Assembly (NCBI RefSeq): GCF_037042905.1 | Contig: NC_087251.1 | Location: forward strand, 7,008,001-7,072,000 | Length of the DNA stretch: 64,000 nt | Source: Lytechinus pictus | Lineage: Eukaryota | Direction of reading: 5' to 3' | Part shown: one piece after another, positions 1 through 12,791 of the stretch | Numbering within the stretch: position 1 is the first letter of the stretch | Layout: the number at the start of each line of letters is the position of its first letter | Notes under the pieces: model-generated | Databases searched by the model: none | Told to the model about the DNA's origin: nothing | Seen by the model: the letters and a program-made list of their open reading frames with translations, nothing else | Position numbers and translations under genes: made by a program

Positions 1-123
1 CTACGCCAAAAATTAGAACATTTGAAGCAAAATTTAGGAAGTTAGAGGAAAAAGTATGATTTTGCATCCTACATAAATTAGCATAATCACTTTATACCAA
101 TTTGCATGAAATAAATTACTATA

Positions 124-1168
124 CAGTCAGTCGGCAAGCCCCTGTGTTAATGAGCAAGATTTATCCAAGTCCTCTCGTGGCTGAATTCATGTCCCTGCAA
201 AATCTCGTGAATTGTGAGACTTTCTTTCTCAAAGAATTTAACCACTTTCTCCTTGGGTAATATTGATTATTTTTGTACCATGGGCAAGAGTAAATGTTAC
301 TCTTTTATATTGGTCATTTCTTTTGAATGAAATATTTTGATAAGTAAGTGAATTTTTTACCTGAAAAGATGCATCAAACAGAATTTTCTTCCTCTGTTTT
401 CACTTGCAAATTGTGCAACATTTTGTGTTTTAGGCACCAACATTATTTATAATTATATCATCAGAAAGCTCAAACTCTGTACTTTCTTGCAATGTCACTC
501 TTGATATGTGGCATCTTTTAGATGGGTCAGCAGCCAGCTTTTTCCATCAAGATGCAAGACGAGATTTCTGAAATTTCTGAGTAACATAAAATCCAGAGTT
601 CTGATTGGCTGAATAATGTTTTCAACATTCAAGTGTGACCTTGCAGAGGCCAAGTGAGGGGAACATTGGAATTTGCGTGGGTGTGTGGTCTCTATGACCA
701 ATCAAAGCGCAGTATTCTTGTTTTTGAGCTGCTAAATGTACTTGGCCTTTGAAAAGCTGGCTGCTGACCCATCTAAAATACATCTTTTTATAAAAATTAT
801 ATCATATTAAAGCTTAGATATTCAGCTTTATCATGATCTAAAAATCATTTGTGCTCAAACAGAAATTAAGTGTGAAAACAACAACTTTTGTTGCATGAAA
901 AAATTATTTTGTTTCATGTTTTAGATCAAAAGTTTTCCCTATATTACAACATCCTTTTAAAAATCCAAACACATGACCTGAAAGAATGATTCTTCTTCTT
1001 TACAAAGATACCAAAAACATGAAATTTGGTCAATATTTAGAGCAGCAATGGCCGAATAAAAAGAGGTGTTTTGGTTCGCACCAAGCTAATTAACTATGCA
1101 AAAACCCTCTAGTCATGAATATCACTTGGATAAAAGAAGCTTTTTTTTCAGGGCTTGCCAACTGACTG
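124..1168. mobile_element. Tc1/mariner-type non-autonomous element in an HSP90 intron
   Basis: Inverted termini CAGTCAGTCGGCAAGCCC (124) and GGGCTTGCCAACTGACTG (1168), each flanked by TA. Internal perfect 27-bp inverted repeat at 516-542/752-778. No transposase ORF. Confidence 0.75.
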
Positions 1169-1421
1169 TACAATTTTGTAGATTATGTCTCAGACAACCT
1201 GCGTGCAAATTGTTGGCGCGATCAATGGCCGAGATCCCAAAATACGCCAGCCTAGATAGGGTTAAAGAGTAAAAAGGTCGGCAAGCGGCAGTCTAAAAGA
1301 AATTTGCAGATTTATGTCAAAAAAAGTGTCGAGGGGTGAGGGCCATTATGGCCCCACCCCCCCCCCCCAAAAAAAAGTATTAAGGTTAAAATACAAAAAA
1401 TTACTGATTCCCTTTATTTAC

Positions 1422-1569
1422 CTGTTATGTAGTAGATTTGTGTTTGGTTTTCCTTCATTCTAGAGACATAGTCCTTGAGAGTTGTCAAGTCATCACCAGA
1501 ATGTGAAGTGTAGTATCTGAGGAAGTCGGCGATCTTGCTTCGGTTCTGTGAGTCCTCATGGATTCCAAG
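1422..1569 (-). CDS. HSP90: HSP90 coding exon 8 (middle domain); gene continues beyond the window start
   Basis: Translates [52 protein letters not shown] acceptor at 1571-1570, GTAAAT donor from 1421. Confidence 0.95.
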
Positions 1570-1911
1570 CTACAACCAAACAAATATTAAATTTACAACA
1601 AAATTAAATAAAAGTAATACAATTATAGAAGTATAACAAGAAAGATGTATAAGCCTAGAATTCCTGTTTTATAATCAAGTATAGACACTACAGCATAACA
1701 TTCCCATTCTTTTCTATTTTTAATATGTACCACCACATTCTTTTGTTAATTCCAATTGTAATGGACTGTCCTATGAAAATACTGCATTGTTAGTATTGGT
1801 TCAGACTCACAGAATGATGGTTCCTTTTTAGGTTTGGCGAGGGGAAAACAGGTCGGTATTATAAAAGATGATCTTTATTGCTTCTAATTGGAGTTTAAAT
1901 AGTTAAGTTAC

Positions 1912-2102
1912 CTTGAGATTCTTGGAGAATTGTTCATACAGCTTATTGTAATTTTCCTTGTCCTCAGAGAGTTCAAGGAAGAGTTCCATGCACTTCTTGA
2001 CAATGTTCTTCCTGATCACCTTCAAGATCTTGCTCTGCTGGAGCATCTCGCGAGAAATATTAAGAGGAAGATCCTCAGAATCCACAACACCCTTGACGAA
2101 AT
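1912..2102 (-). CDS. HSP90: HSP90 coding exon 7
   Basis: [37 protein letters not shown]...FSKNLK, an HSP90 signature. AG/GT boundaries with phase consistent with neighbours. Confidence 0.97.
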
Positions 2103-2321
2103 CTGTAAGGGGGAGGGGGAATAAGGAAACTTTTTTTTAACAAATTGGGGGAAAATGGCCCTTTTTCAAAGACGATTCATAATGCAGCTTAAACAAATTC
2201 TCTGATTAGAAATATACAAAATTATACAGTTCTACTAAAATTTCTATGCAAACTTTTGAGTAGAGAAGTTTTTCTCACAAAACATATTTACTGGTTTTCT
2301 GATATAAGAGAAGGAACTTAC

Positions 2322-2487
2322 TGAGGTATTCAGGGATGAGCTCTTCACAGTTTTCCATAATGAATACCCTCCTGACATAGAGCTTGATGTTGTTCCTCTT
2401 TTTCTTGTTTTCAAACATGTCAAATGGAGCACGCTTAGGAATGAAGAGAAGAGCTCGGAACTCAAGCTGTCCTTCAACAGAGAAGTG
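2322..2487 (-). CDS. HSP90: HSP90 coding exon 6
   Basis: [58 protein letters not shown] acceptor, GTAAGT donor. Confidence 0.97.
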
Positions 2488-3355
2488 CTATTAAGGAAAA
2501 TGAACACAAAATTAGTACAATTTACAATGCATCGAGGTTTATCAAATCATTAAATCTATCAATCATCAAAAAAAAAAATCATATTGTTGGGATTGCAAGG
2601 CATGAAGTACCAAGGGGAATATGGTTAAGATTAATCCATCATTAATCAAATTCAACAGAGCAGTCTTACTGTATGGATCAATCATATCAAAGATAAACTA
2701 AATATGTTGCTTCCAGATCATGCACCACAGTCCTTGAACATTAAGAAAGAGGTTCAGTATGTGGTAAGCACAAGCTGGTGCAGAAAAGATAGTCTTGATA
2801 AGCCTGTAACATGACATGATCATGGTAGAGGTACAGGAATTCTTTTCTTAATCTACTTCCATTAGAGCACCACCAGTAGTCAACATGATCATCAGAGCCT
2901 GATACACAACAGACAAGTCATGTACCAAGAATAACAATTATGACATGGTGCATAAGTGCTGGAAGTATAAACTTGGTCATCCTATTTTATAAAGACATGG
3001 ATCTTCTTCCATACATCTTACTATCAAACATGTTGGTAAATTAGTTATCAATGGTAGCTTCCATGGTGAACACCAGTCCACAGCCCAAAATATTCAGGGA
3101 TATTTGTGTAGTTGAAATCACAGTACATTGTATATAACTATATTGAATTATATCTCATTTTATGAAAAATGTTTCAAATCCCATCATGCAATGAAATTCC
3201 ACAAAATCAGCAATTTTCACTGTTCACCTTTTTTATGGTGAATAGTAAAAAAAGTTTTAATTGAGCCAAGTTCCATGGACAGATATTTTGTTTTCTTGTG
3301 TAGGTGATGCTCCAAAATAAAAGGCTGAAATTTCAAAAATATGTGAAACTCGTAC

Positions 3356-3658
3356 CTTGACAGCTAAATGGTCTTCCCAATCATTGGTGAGTGATTTATA
3401 GAATTCACCATACTCTTCTTGACTGATGTCATCAGGGTTCCTAGTCCAGATGGGTTTGGTCTTGTTCAAGATTTCATCTTCAGTGTACTTCTCCTTAATC
3501 TTCTTCTTCTTCTTCTCATCTTTCTTCTTTTCATCACCATCATCACCCAGATCTTCAATCTTAGGCTCGTCTTCACTTTCCTTGTTCTCTTCCTCTTCTT
3601 TCTTTTCTTCTTCTTCTTCTTCATCATCACTGATCTCCTTTTCACGTTCCTTTTCCAC
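3356..3658 (-). CDS. HSP90: HSP90 coding exon 5 (charged linker)
   Basis: [15 protein letters not shown]...[47 protein letters not shown]. 303 nt, phase 0/0. Confidence 0.97.
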
Positions 3659-5151
3659 CTATTGTTCAGACAAGAAAGACATTGCGTTGTTAAATATTTT
3701 GCCCATCTTAACTTTTTACTAAATTGAACACTATGGAATTACATGATCAATAATATAACAGGTATATTGTTTTCACGTCTGTCTTTAACCATGGACCTAT
3801 CACAAATGGACATTCAACGAATCCCCTCCTTTCGGCCGAAGACCTTCACCGCTAATCCTTTTATTAACAGAGCGCTGGCAGCTGACGCCCATCAAGCCGG
3901 TCGTAAAACACGCTCGCACTGATGGACAGCGGAAATCAATTGTACGCTGCTCCTACCCATTGCGATGTTGTTCGTTCACTTTATCAAAAGCAACGCACAG
4001 CAGCGAACGTTAGCGCTATGAAAATGATTGCAGGAACAAGAAAACAGGCGTGCATAAACGTATTTTTTTACATACATCGCAAACAACCGCACATGAAATG
4101 CATTGACATCACCTTCAGATCAGTATATCTACGGCAAAAAAGCAGTTGAAATTTGACGGAGAAATGTGCTGAAAAACGTTAAAAATGCATCTTTTTTGGA
4201 CAGTATTGATGGCGATAGTAGCGCTTACCTTCGGTCAGAAGTTGATTTTCATTTGGGCGTAAAATTCCAGAGGATTGGCGAAATTTAATAGGATTTTTTG
4301 TGATGATCAGACGACAATTGCACAGTATTGGCAGCGTGAAATAATATATTGAAAACCGGAAATAAATTGCGCATTGCATTATAGGTAATGCAGGGACTTT
4401 CCCTGATCGCAGCAATCGAGCTTACATGACCGCATCTGGTCGAAAGAGGGCCAGAGATCGGGCGGTGACTGTCAATGGCCGTGAAAGGATTGAGTATTGA
4501 GTAAACGACCGCCCCGGGCGCTCGTCGTAAAAAAAGTGCAAAGAGAACGTTAACTGTGAGACAGCAATTTTGACAGCTGGAAACAGGTGATGGCCATAAA
4601 ATGCTCTCGTTGAATGTCCATTCGTAATAGGTCCATGCTTTAACCATCATCAATAATGCCTTCAGCTTTGTCGATTTCAATTTCTTTTTAAGAAGTACCT
4701 AAAGGAGCAATCAACAATTATTCTCTTTATTATTGACCAATAATAAAATGTGACCTCATATCTGTCAAATTGTTCAATTATCAGAAGAATGACCTTGTGG
4801 CCTTTGTCCTTGTGATCACCAAATATTGTATTTAATATCTGCTCCCATACATGCAACTGTACAAACATGAGCCAAGCTTAAAGTTGATATAAGTTACTTT
4901 TTTTTAATTATTGCAAAAACTTTATTTTGATTGTATTCAGTGACCGACTCATGCAACCTTTGACACCCATGGACCAACAATCTTATCGCAACTCCAATAT
5001 GCAAAAATGAACCAAGTCTGAAGATGATACCTCAAATGGTATTTAGTTCTTGCCAAGACAAGATCTTCAGACGTATGACCTATGACTTTAATAGCCCTAA
5101 ACTCATATCATCATGATAAATAGTGTACTAGACTAAGCAACCTTTTATAAT

Positions 5152-7103
5152 TGTCGGAAAGTGGAATTTTCATTTAGGTTGCTTGAGAAGAATGTGCCTA
5201 ATTTGCATATTATTTTCGCACAGGTGTTTAGAATTCTCTTGATCGGCCGGATCACTGGATAGGGTTAGGATGATCGATGTATGTACGCTCGAAAAATATA
5301 ATTCTAGTTATTTTCTAATCCTTGTTATGTATTTTAAAGGATTTTAAGGATTTGTTTTCTCGTAATATTGAGTGAAAACAATATATATACTTGTATCTTT
5401 TTCATATTGGCTGTTTCAAAGTTTAACAAATCCTTAGCGGAATGATATTTTTTGGGGTGGTTCCGTGACTCCACTGCTTGTTGGCATTTTACGTTAGGTA
5501 GATTATTGCACGTCCTGGTTCTGGTGCAGGTCGGACTGCAATCGAAGCAGGCCTGGGAAAGGGCTGATGTAAGTGTCGTTTTATCTTATTTTTGCATAGA
5601 ATTACAGTAAAATGTAATTAATCTAATAACTAATATCGTTTCTATACTATCATGGACAAAATTATGAGAAAAGAATGACTTGTTTTAAGATTGAATTTAG
5701 TCACTTTTACTTTCATAACTTTGGCAAAGCAAGTGTATCTCGGTCAAGTTCAAAGATGAGTTGTAACTTACAAATTATGAGGATATTTACTGGTTTACTT
5801 TTTGTGCTAGACATTGTTGGGAATAATGAATATAAGTAATACTTGATATTTGAAAGGTCAGAAATTTAGGATTACTTGTTGAATTGAAGAGAAAGTTTTA
5901 GTAGATTATTTGAAAGATAACATAGAGGGCGTTCTATAGTAAACATTGTATTTCAAGATGGCGGCGCCCATGGTAAGGTATGCTTCTAGCTGACCTCGTT
6001 ATATTATATGATGTGATGATTTCTGATTATGGTTCTGAAATAAGAGGTTAGATCTATGACTTCTTTGCTTACTGAACATACACATATTGTTTGTAGACTT
6101 AAATTACTCTTTTAATTGCAGTATCAGATGAGTAAACTGTAATAGAGAATGGTTGTGTTAAGCTCAATAGACAGAAATATGCAGTTTGACTCCGTTCGAT
6201 AGAGCTACTTGCTCTATCAAGTACTTGGGTCTTGATCAAAACTTTGGAATTAATGAACATAGTTTTTACTAATTGGATTATTTATTCGTGCAAAAGAAAA
6301 CATTGATATTTGTGAGTATATCATTACCAATGATTATCCACACTGAAAGTAGTAGAATTGTTTGAGAAATATAATATTTTTTAAGCTATTAATTCAGGGA
6401 ATTCTAAGCAATTTTATCATGAGTTGGAGTTATGATTATCTTATGGTTACGATTGTTGCTTTCTTTAATTATAGCTGGTCCGACTCATTTGATCCTCATC
6501 GAGATTTCGAATAATGTAGAAGCTGCTACTCCTTTGTGGTATCCTGGGTGATGTAGGTGGTGTGTAACCACCAGTAGCCTCTGACTTTGGGTAGGCATTA
6601 ATTACATGGATTCTTCTATTTGTGTATAAATGATTCATTTTAATAGAATATCGTGATGTATACAGTGTATGATGCATTCTTATGTCATCTGACTAAATAT
6701 GAGTAATATGCTTATTATATCTACTAAATAGTTTTGAGATGATAGCTACAACGATAATATTTACAAGCTGTTTTTGAGGAATGCATGTATTTTATCATTT
6801 CAGTAAATGATAGAGATGAATACACCCCACTTTCAATATCAATATTTTGCCATGTATTCAATATCTGCAGTCTATTATGTACATTGTGTGATGCAAGTGC
6901 CAATGACATGTTTTTGAAATGGTGTTATTGATAATCTTATTTCATTTCTGTCATTGCAGGGTTGTTGTTTTGTTACTCCTTTCATTTTGTTGGTTTTGGC
7001 AAACCTCAATAAAGTCAAAGAAGCTCAGATCTGGTGTCCCGTAGCATCTGTAAAGTTTGCTCCGTTACGGTCTTAATTGGCTAACTCAACCCACCCCCCG
7101 ACA
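5152..7103 (+). mobile_element. Solo LTR (Gypsy-like) in an HSP90 intron, antisense to the host
   Basis: Begins TGTCGG, ends CCGACA, flanked by the 4-bp direct repeat TAAT (5148-5151, 7104-7107). AATAAA at 7008-7013 about 90 nt before the 3' end. No internal coding region. Confidence 0.75.
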
Positions 7104-7603
7104 TAATAATTTACCTGCTGAAATGATTGAGGTATGCATCGAGCATATCTCCAAAGAGAATGACTCGATAAAGCCAAGTTTTAAAATTGGATCAGCTAGC
7201 ATAGCAGCTTCGCAAAGTCAGCTATTCTTATGACTGGAGGCTCAAAAATGATAGATGGCGCTGTCCGTATCGAGGCCTAGCCGCAGCTAGTGAGACGTGT
7301 GGGTTTTTTTCCCGGAAAAAAAAGAGAACATGATAGAATAGTTGCGCTGCGCCCTGATTTACTGGAAAATTATCCTGTCTAAGTTTAGTGATTTGGGCAA
7401 GATATTTTCATAAAACATGTGGATGTAGGTGGACTATATTGGAAAATGTATTTAAACAAAGTGAGTTTGCATAGGAATTTTGAGTCTAGATTGAAATCTC
7501 ATTTCCCCACGTACTTATTTGAAAAAAAAATCTCTGGAAGTATGCGTCCGGATAAGGGGAGGCTGGTTAAGAGAGTTCGGACTGTAAATACTTAAAGACG
7601 TAC

Positions 7604-7740
7604 CTGAAGACCAATAGGGTAGCCGATGAACTGACTGTGTTTCTTGACGATTTCTTTCAATTTCTTTTCCTCTAGATATTCTGTCTGGTCCTCTTTCATG
7701 CTTAGAACAATCTTGGTTCCTCTCTTCAGGTCATCACTGT
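7604..7740 (-). CDS. HSP90: HSP90 coding exon 4
   Basis: [48 protein letters not shown] acceptor, GTACGT donor. Confidence 0.96.
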
Positions 7741-8589
7741 CTGTATGACGAAAGAGAAAAAATAATAATTGAATGTGCATATCCAGCAGTGTCTACACTT
7801 TTTTTCTAATCTCAGACATCCAAAGACAGATGAAGTAATATTTCCTTGCTAACCAATCAATTTACACATAAATATATGAATGGACATTTTTAATCAAATA
7901 AAGATCCACATTTACAAACATTTGTAATCTTTTAACTGTCCAAACAACTATTCCAAGGATACCTTTTGAAAGCTATATTCAATAACTTTCTTGTCAATCA
8001 TTTGTATTATATGATCCTCCAATGTGCATTTTTTTTAATGGCTTTCCACAAATAGTTCCTTACTTTTATATAAAGTAGATTTCAACTAGCGTAACAATGA
8101 AAGTTAATCAAATCTTATGAAATATATAGTTATGGAATCATAAAACTTTTTTTTTTTTAATACTGTCACATCATCAAGCATGCCATCATGAATATGCAAT
8201 AGGTGGGCTGATGATGTAATGTCTCCCTTTTCCTTTTTGTTACATAATTATAATTCATATTTTCATACATATCTCCTTGTAAAGAATATAGGTTTCAGCT
8301 TATCTTACATAATAAATTAGTTCATCCTATTTTTTAAATTCTTGGAGAAAAAATCTGAATAAACACTATTTCATTTAACAAATAAAAAAGAATAAGTGGC
8401 AACATTACATCACTTCGCTCACTGCATTAGAACTGTGACATAAAAATGCAAAACTTAATGAAACTTTTATTCCTTGTCCAATTTGAAGAATTTTCAGTTG
8501 TCGGTTTTGTCTGTCTGATTCAAGTAACATAATTTTCAAGCTTAAAGACCCCTTTAACTATAATCCACATGCAGACCTAAATGACTTAC

Positions 8590-8749
8590 TTGGAATTCTA
8601 TGAACAGTGAAAGAGCCACCAGCACTAGATTGCCACATGTAAGTTTCATCATCATTGTTCTTTGAGTAGACAGTTACTGTCTCAGCTACAAGGTATGCAG
8701 AGTAGAATCCAACACCAAATTGACCGATCATGGAGATATCAGCTCCTGC
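8590..8749 (-). CDS. HSP90: HSP90 coding exon 3 (ATP-binding domain)
   Basis: [53 protein letters not shown], containing the [10 protein letters not shown] signature. Translated by hand; not in the ORF track. Confidence 0.97.
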
Positions 8750-9151
8750 CTAAAATGAGAATTTCAAAAAAAATCCACATTTTCATTTCACCATTGAGAA
8801 CTTAATAATCCCTGATAACTTTTAAATGTTCAGCATAAGTTCCTCTAAAAATATATTAAAATTGTTTGTTTAACACATGTACCATTTCATCAAACACATT
8901 ATTTTCAGTGATATTTTCAGCTGTATTTTACTCTTTCCAACAGCCACAAAACATGGAAAATGTTAAATTTTTCATATTACCATTATGCAATGTAGAGCCA
9001 AATCAGGCCTTAAATGTATCTGTTTTGGAGGCAAGGCCACTATTCTATCTCAGTCATATTTCTATATTACACCACAAATGAGTAGTCATCTACAGCTATG
9101 ACCTCCGACCAATTCAAACCCTGCATAATCGCGATTAGTTTTTACGCATAC

Positions 9152-9358
9152 CTGCAGGGCTTCCATGAAGTTCCTGGTGCCAGATCGGGCAATAGTTCCA
9201 AGGTTGTTGATCATGTCAGCCTTGGTCATCCCAATACCTGTGTCGATGATAGTCATTGTCTTCTCATCTTTGTTGGGAATAATCTTGATAGAGAAATCCT
9301 TTTCGGCTTCAATCTCACTGGGGTCAGTCAAAGACTTGTAGCGAATCTTGTCCAAGGC
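9152..9358 (-). CDS. HSP90: HSP90 coding exon 2 (ATP-binding domain)
   Basis: [13 protein letters not shown]...[36 protein letters not shown] acceptor at 9360-9359, GTATGC donor. Confidence 0.97.
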
Positions 9359-9782
9359 CTATAAACATGGAATATCAAAATTCAATTCAATTCATTTATT
9401 TCACTCGATAAAAATAACATACATACAGGTAAATAAGAAATACATAATGGCAAGAACAAAACAAAATAACAAAAGTGATAATAAAGTAGTGTACAGAGCA
9501 GGCTTCGAGTGTGGACTGGCATTAAAGATCTGTTAGATCTTAGAAGTTCCAGCCCAGTAAAGAAAGAAAAAGAAGGGATACAAAATAGAACATACAAAGA
9601 CAAAATAATGCAAGGGAAAACAAACATTAATAAAGTTAAAATGAAGTGTTTGCCTTTCGAGGAAAATGATAGAAAAAAGGTAAAGGACTAGCGTATGTGG
9701 AGGGTCACAGAAAATCGACAGGTGAAATTAGGGAGAATAAGTGTAGGAGAAAGGCAAACACAGAAATTATAGTCATGTAGTC

Positions 9783-12700
9783 TTAGTTATTGGATGCGAA
9801 CGTTGTTAACATAATTTCTTTGTACTGACGTTGAAAACTATTCAGGGATAAACTATTTTTAAGGGTAGGGGGGAGAGAGTTCCATAATTTGGGACCTGAA
9901 TACATTATAGTTTTTTGGGTAAAAGTAGTACGGACGGAGGGCATGTGAAAATCAAATTGTCTACGAGTTTGGTGAGAGTGGGTAGCAATATTAAGACAAA
10001 AATATCTGCTTAATGATTCAGGAATTATCTTTTTGTGACAAGAATACATAAATGATCCAAGGGATAGTTTATAAAGGTCAAATACACTCAGGAATTTTAA
10101 TCTTTTAAATAGGACACTGGTGTGAGCATTAAATGAAGTCTTACATATTATTCTTACTGCTCTTTTCTGTAATTTAAATAATCTTAACATATTTAGGTTA
10201 TTGTTGGCTGCGGTGGCCCATACAACATTACAATAAGTTAAATAGGGATAAACCATTGAATAATAAAGGTTGATTAATATGTTTTGGGGAAGGAAATTTA
10301 ATTTATTCATTACACCTATATTTCTTGAAATAATCGAACATAAATAATTAAAGTGATTGGACCAGGAGAGTTTATCGTCAAGTTGGATGCCAAGAAATGT
10401 TGTATAAGATGTGTGTAGAATTTCCTTACTGCTGAGATATATATTAACATCGTTGGGATTGAAGTGGCGATTTGAAAATATAATTGATGTTGTTTTAGAA
10501 ATATTTATTATGAGTTTATTCTTGACTAACCATTCTTCTACATGAACTAATTCTTGATTGAGATTTTCACATAATTTATTTACATTATCATTTGACAAGG
10601 AAATTGTTGTATCATCAGCAAATATTGTAAAATGCAATTTTTTTGAAGTAAATCTGATATCATCTATATATATTAAAAATAGAAGGGGACCTAAGATTGA
10701 CCCTTGAGGAACACCATGCATTATGATCTTAGATTCAGAATTATGCTTCTTATATGTAGTATATTGTTTACGCCCCGACAGATAGCTGTTAACCCATTTT
10801 AAAGCTGTACCTCTTATTCCATAGCAGTTAAGTTTATACAATAATAATTTATGGTCAAGACAGTCAAAGGCTTTTGATAAATCGAGAAATAAGCTAATAG
10901 TTGTTTGTTTGGTGTCAATAGCATTAGATACATAATTAATAAATTCTATAAGGGCAGATGAAGTTGAATGTTGTGGTCTAAATCCGAATTGATTGCAATA
11001 TAATATGTTGTGTTTATTTATAAAATTTAAGATCCGGTTATACATACATCGTTCTAATATTTTTGAAAATATGGGCAATAATGAGATCGGCCTATAATTG
11101 CTATATACATTATTTTGTCCTTTCTTATATATGGGTACGATTTTTGCTATTTTTAATTGGTCAGGAACAATACCATTATTTATAGATGAATTAAATATTT
11201 TACAAAGTGGTTTGCATATGACAAAGATTACTTTTTTTACAATGGAAACATCTACACTGTCAAATCCAGGACTAATTCCATTCTTTAGTTTGCTGGTTAC
11301 GTCAATTATTTCAGAGTATTTAATTGGAGTAAAAAATATAGAATATGGGTTCTTTGGTAGAGGAGGGCAATAATCATGATCAGTTGATCCTATGTTTTCT
11401 GATAGTAAAAGAGGAGCCACATTAATAAAATAGTCATTGAATTGAGTTGCAACCTCTGCATCTTCAAGGGTGATTCCATTATTTTCAAAAGTAGTATGAT
11501 TTGACCTTTTAGTTTTACCCAACATATTATTCAATATTTTCCATGTTTTAGATGAGTTACCTTTGGTGTCTTTGAAAAGCTGATCATAGTATTTTTTCTT
11601 TGTTTTGCGTAGTTCTTTAGTAAAAATGTTTCTCAAAGACCTATATTTCTCTCTATTGCTATCGGAAGGGTTTTTAAGGTAGTTACGATACAATTTTAGT
11701 TTCTTCTTTGACAGGCATTTTAAATGTTTATTGAACCAAGGTTTATTTAAAGAGCTTTTATGTTTAGCAGATATAATAGGAAAACATTCATTGTATAATT
11801 TAAGGAATATTGATAAAAATCTATCATAACTACTATTTGGATCATCATCATTAATAGGCCAGTTGACGGAAGAGAGTTTATGGTAAAAGGTTGCAATGGA
11901 AGTGTCTGAAATTGACCGTTTAGAATAAGCATTGCTAAGACTATCTATTGAGGAAGGGATTTCAGTGATGATAAAAACAGGTAAGTGGTCACTTACATCG
12001 GAAACAAACACTCCATTCATTAAGTTATTTTCATCATTCGTTAATATATTGTCTAGGAGGGTTGCAGTGTGACCAGTAATACGTGTGGGTACAGTTATTA
12101 GCGGCGTTAAAGAATTGGTATTAATACAGTCAGAGAAGTTCTTGGTGGTTTGAGAAGCATTCATATCATTGAGATCTATGTTGTAATCACCAAGCAAATA
12201 ACATTTTTTGTGCTCGTTATTGACAATACTCAGAATACAATTCATTTTACAAATAAAATCATCTACATTTCCTGAGGGAGGTCTATAAATTATACCAATA
12301 ATATACCAAGAGCGTGAGTTATTGTTTGGTTTAACCTCTATAAATATGGTTTCTAGAGATTCAAACATGTACGTTAAGTCTGGTCTCTGTTTATATGCTA
12401 GAGATTTATTAATATATACTGCAACTCCACCTCCCTGTTTACATATTCGATTATTCGTTAACATATCATAATTCTCCAAGTAATAAAGAGGTATATGTGA
12501 ATTAGGTTTGAGCCATGTCTCAGAAAGGCCAATGATTGTAAATTCAAGGTCAATACTATTGAGAAATACTAATAAGTTTTCAAAGTTCTTTGGAACACTC
12601 CGACAATTAACGTGTAAAAGAGAAAACATATTCTTAGGATCTTCATTTTTAAGGATATTACAATTATTAAACTGGTTTGGAGTATAGTAACAAGATTCAG

Positions 12701-12791
12701 AGGAATTGTTGCTGTCGTCAGCATACTGTAAATGTAACATTGTGTCAGTATCAATAGGTAAGGGATTTACAAACATTTTACAAATAAACAC
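9783..12791 (-). CDS. LINE ORF2: apurinic-type endonuclease plus reverse transcriptase
   Basis: APE motifs HVNCRS, LSETWL, GGGVAVY, IYRPP, GDYNID, SDHLPV. RT motifs YRPISLL, QFGFR, DLSKAFD, GVPQGSILGP, FADD. C-terminal GPKLWNSLP. 1002 codons uninterrupted; first ATG at 12776. Confidence 0.95.
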   Translation of the reverse strand: MFICKMFVNPLPIDTDTMLHLQYADDSNNSSESCYYTPNQFNNCNILKNEDPKNMFSLLHVNCRSVPKNFENLLVFLNSIDLEFTIIGLSETWLKPNSHIPLYYLENYDMLTNNRICKQGGGVAVYINKSLAYKQRPDLTYMFESLETIFIEVKPNNNSRSWYIIGIIYRPPSGNVDDFICKMNCILSIVNNEHKKCYLLGDYNIDLNDMNASQTTKNFSDCINTNSLTPLITVPTRITGHTATLLDNILTNDENNLMNGVFVSDVSDHLPVFIITEIPSSIDSLSNAYSKRSISDTSIATFYHKLSSVNWPINDDDPNSSYDRFLSIFLKLYNECFPIISAKHKSSLNKPWFNKHLKCLSKKKLKLYRNYLKNPSDSNREKYRSLRNIFTKELRKTKKKYYDQLFKDTKGNSSKTWKILNNMLGKTKRSNHTTFENNGITLEDAEVATQFNDYFINVAPLLLSENIGSTDHDYCPPLPKNPYSIFFTPIKYSEIIDVTSKLKNGISPGFDSVDVSIVKKVIFVICKPLCKIFNSSINNGIVPDQLKIAKIVPIYKKGQNNVYSNYRPISLLPIFSKILERCMYNRILNFINKHNILYCNQFGFRPQHSTSSALIEFINYVSNAIDTKQTTISLFLDLSKAFDCLDHKLLLYKLNCYGIRGTALKWVNSYLSGRKQYTTYKKHNSESKIIMHGVPQGSILGPLLFLIYIDDIRFTSKKLHFTIFADDTTISLSNDNVNKLCENLNQELVHVEEWLVKNKLIINISKTTSIIFSNRHFNPNDVNIYLSSKEILHTSYTTFLGIQLDDKLSWSNHFNYLCSIISRNIGVMNKLNFLPQNILINLYYSMVYPYLTYCNVVWATAANNNLNMLRLFKLQKRAVRIICKTSFNAHTSVLFKRLKFLSVFDLYKLSLGSFMYSCHKKIIPESLSRYFCLNIATHSHQTRRQFDFHMPSVRTTFTQKTIMYSGPKLWNSLPPTLKNSLSLNSFQRQYKEIMLTTFASNN

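Noticed and set aside
3419..3727. Hydrophobic and Ser/Phe-rich plus-strand ORFs
   Set aside because: They are antisense shadows of the HSP90 charged-linker exon.
3820..4680. GC-richer intronic stretch with 75-131-aa ORFs
   Set aside because: No recognisable protein motif and no pair of termini or TSD that I could establish; probably an old transposon fragment.
2488..8589. Possible intronic snoRNAs, since chaperone genes often host them
   Set aside because: I found no convincing box C/D pair with a terminal stem or H/ACA structure by eye. An Infernal/Rfam scan would be needed to exclude them.
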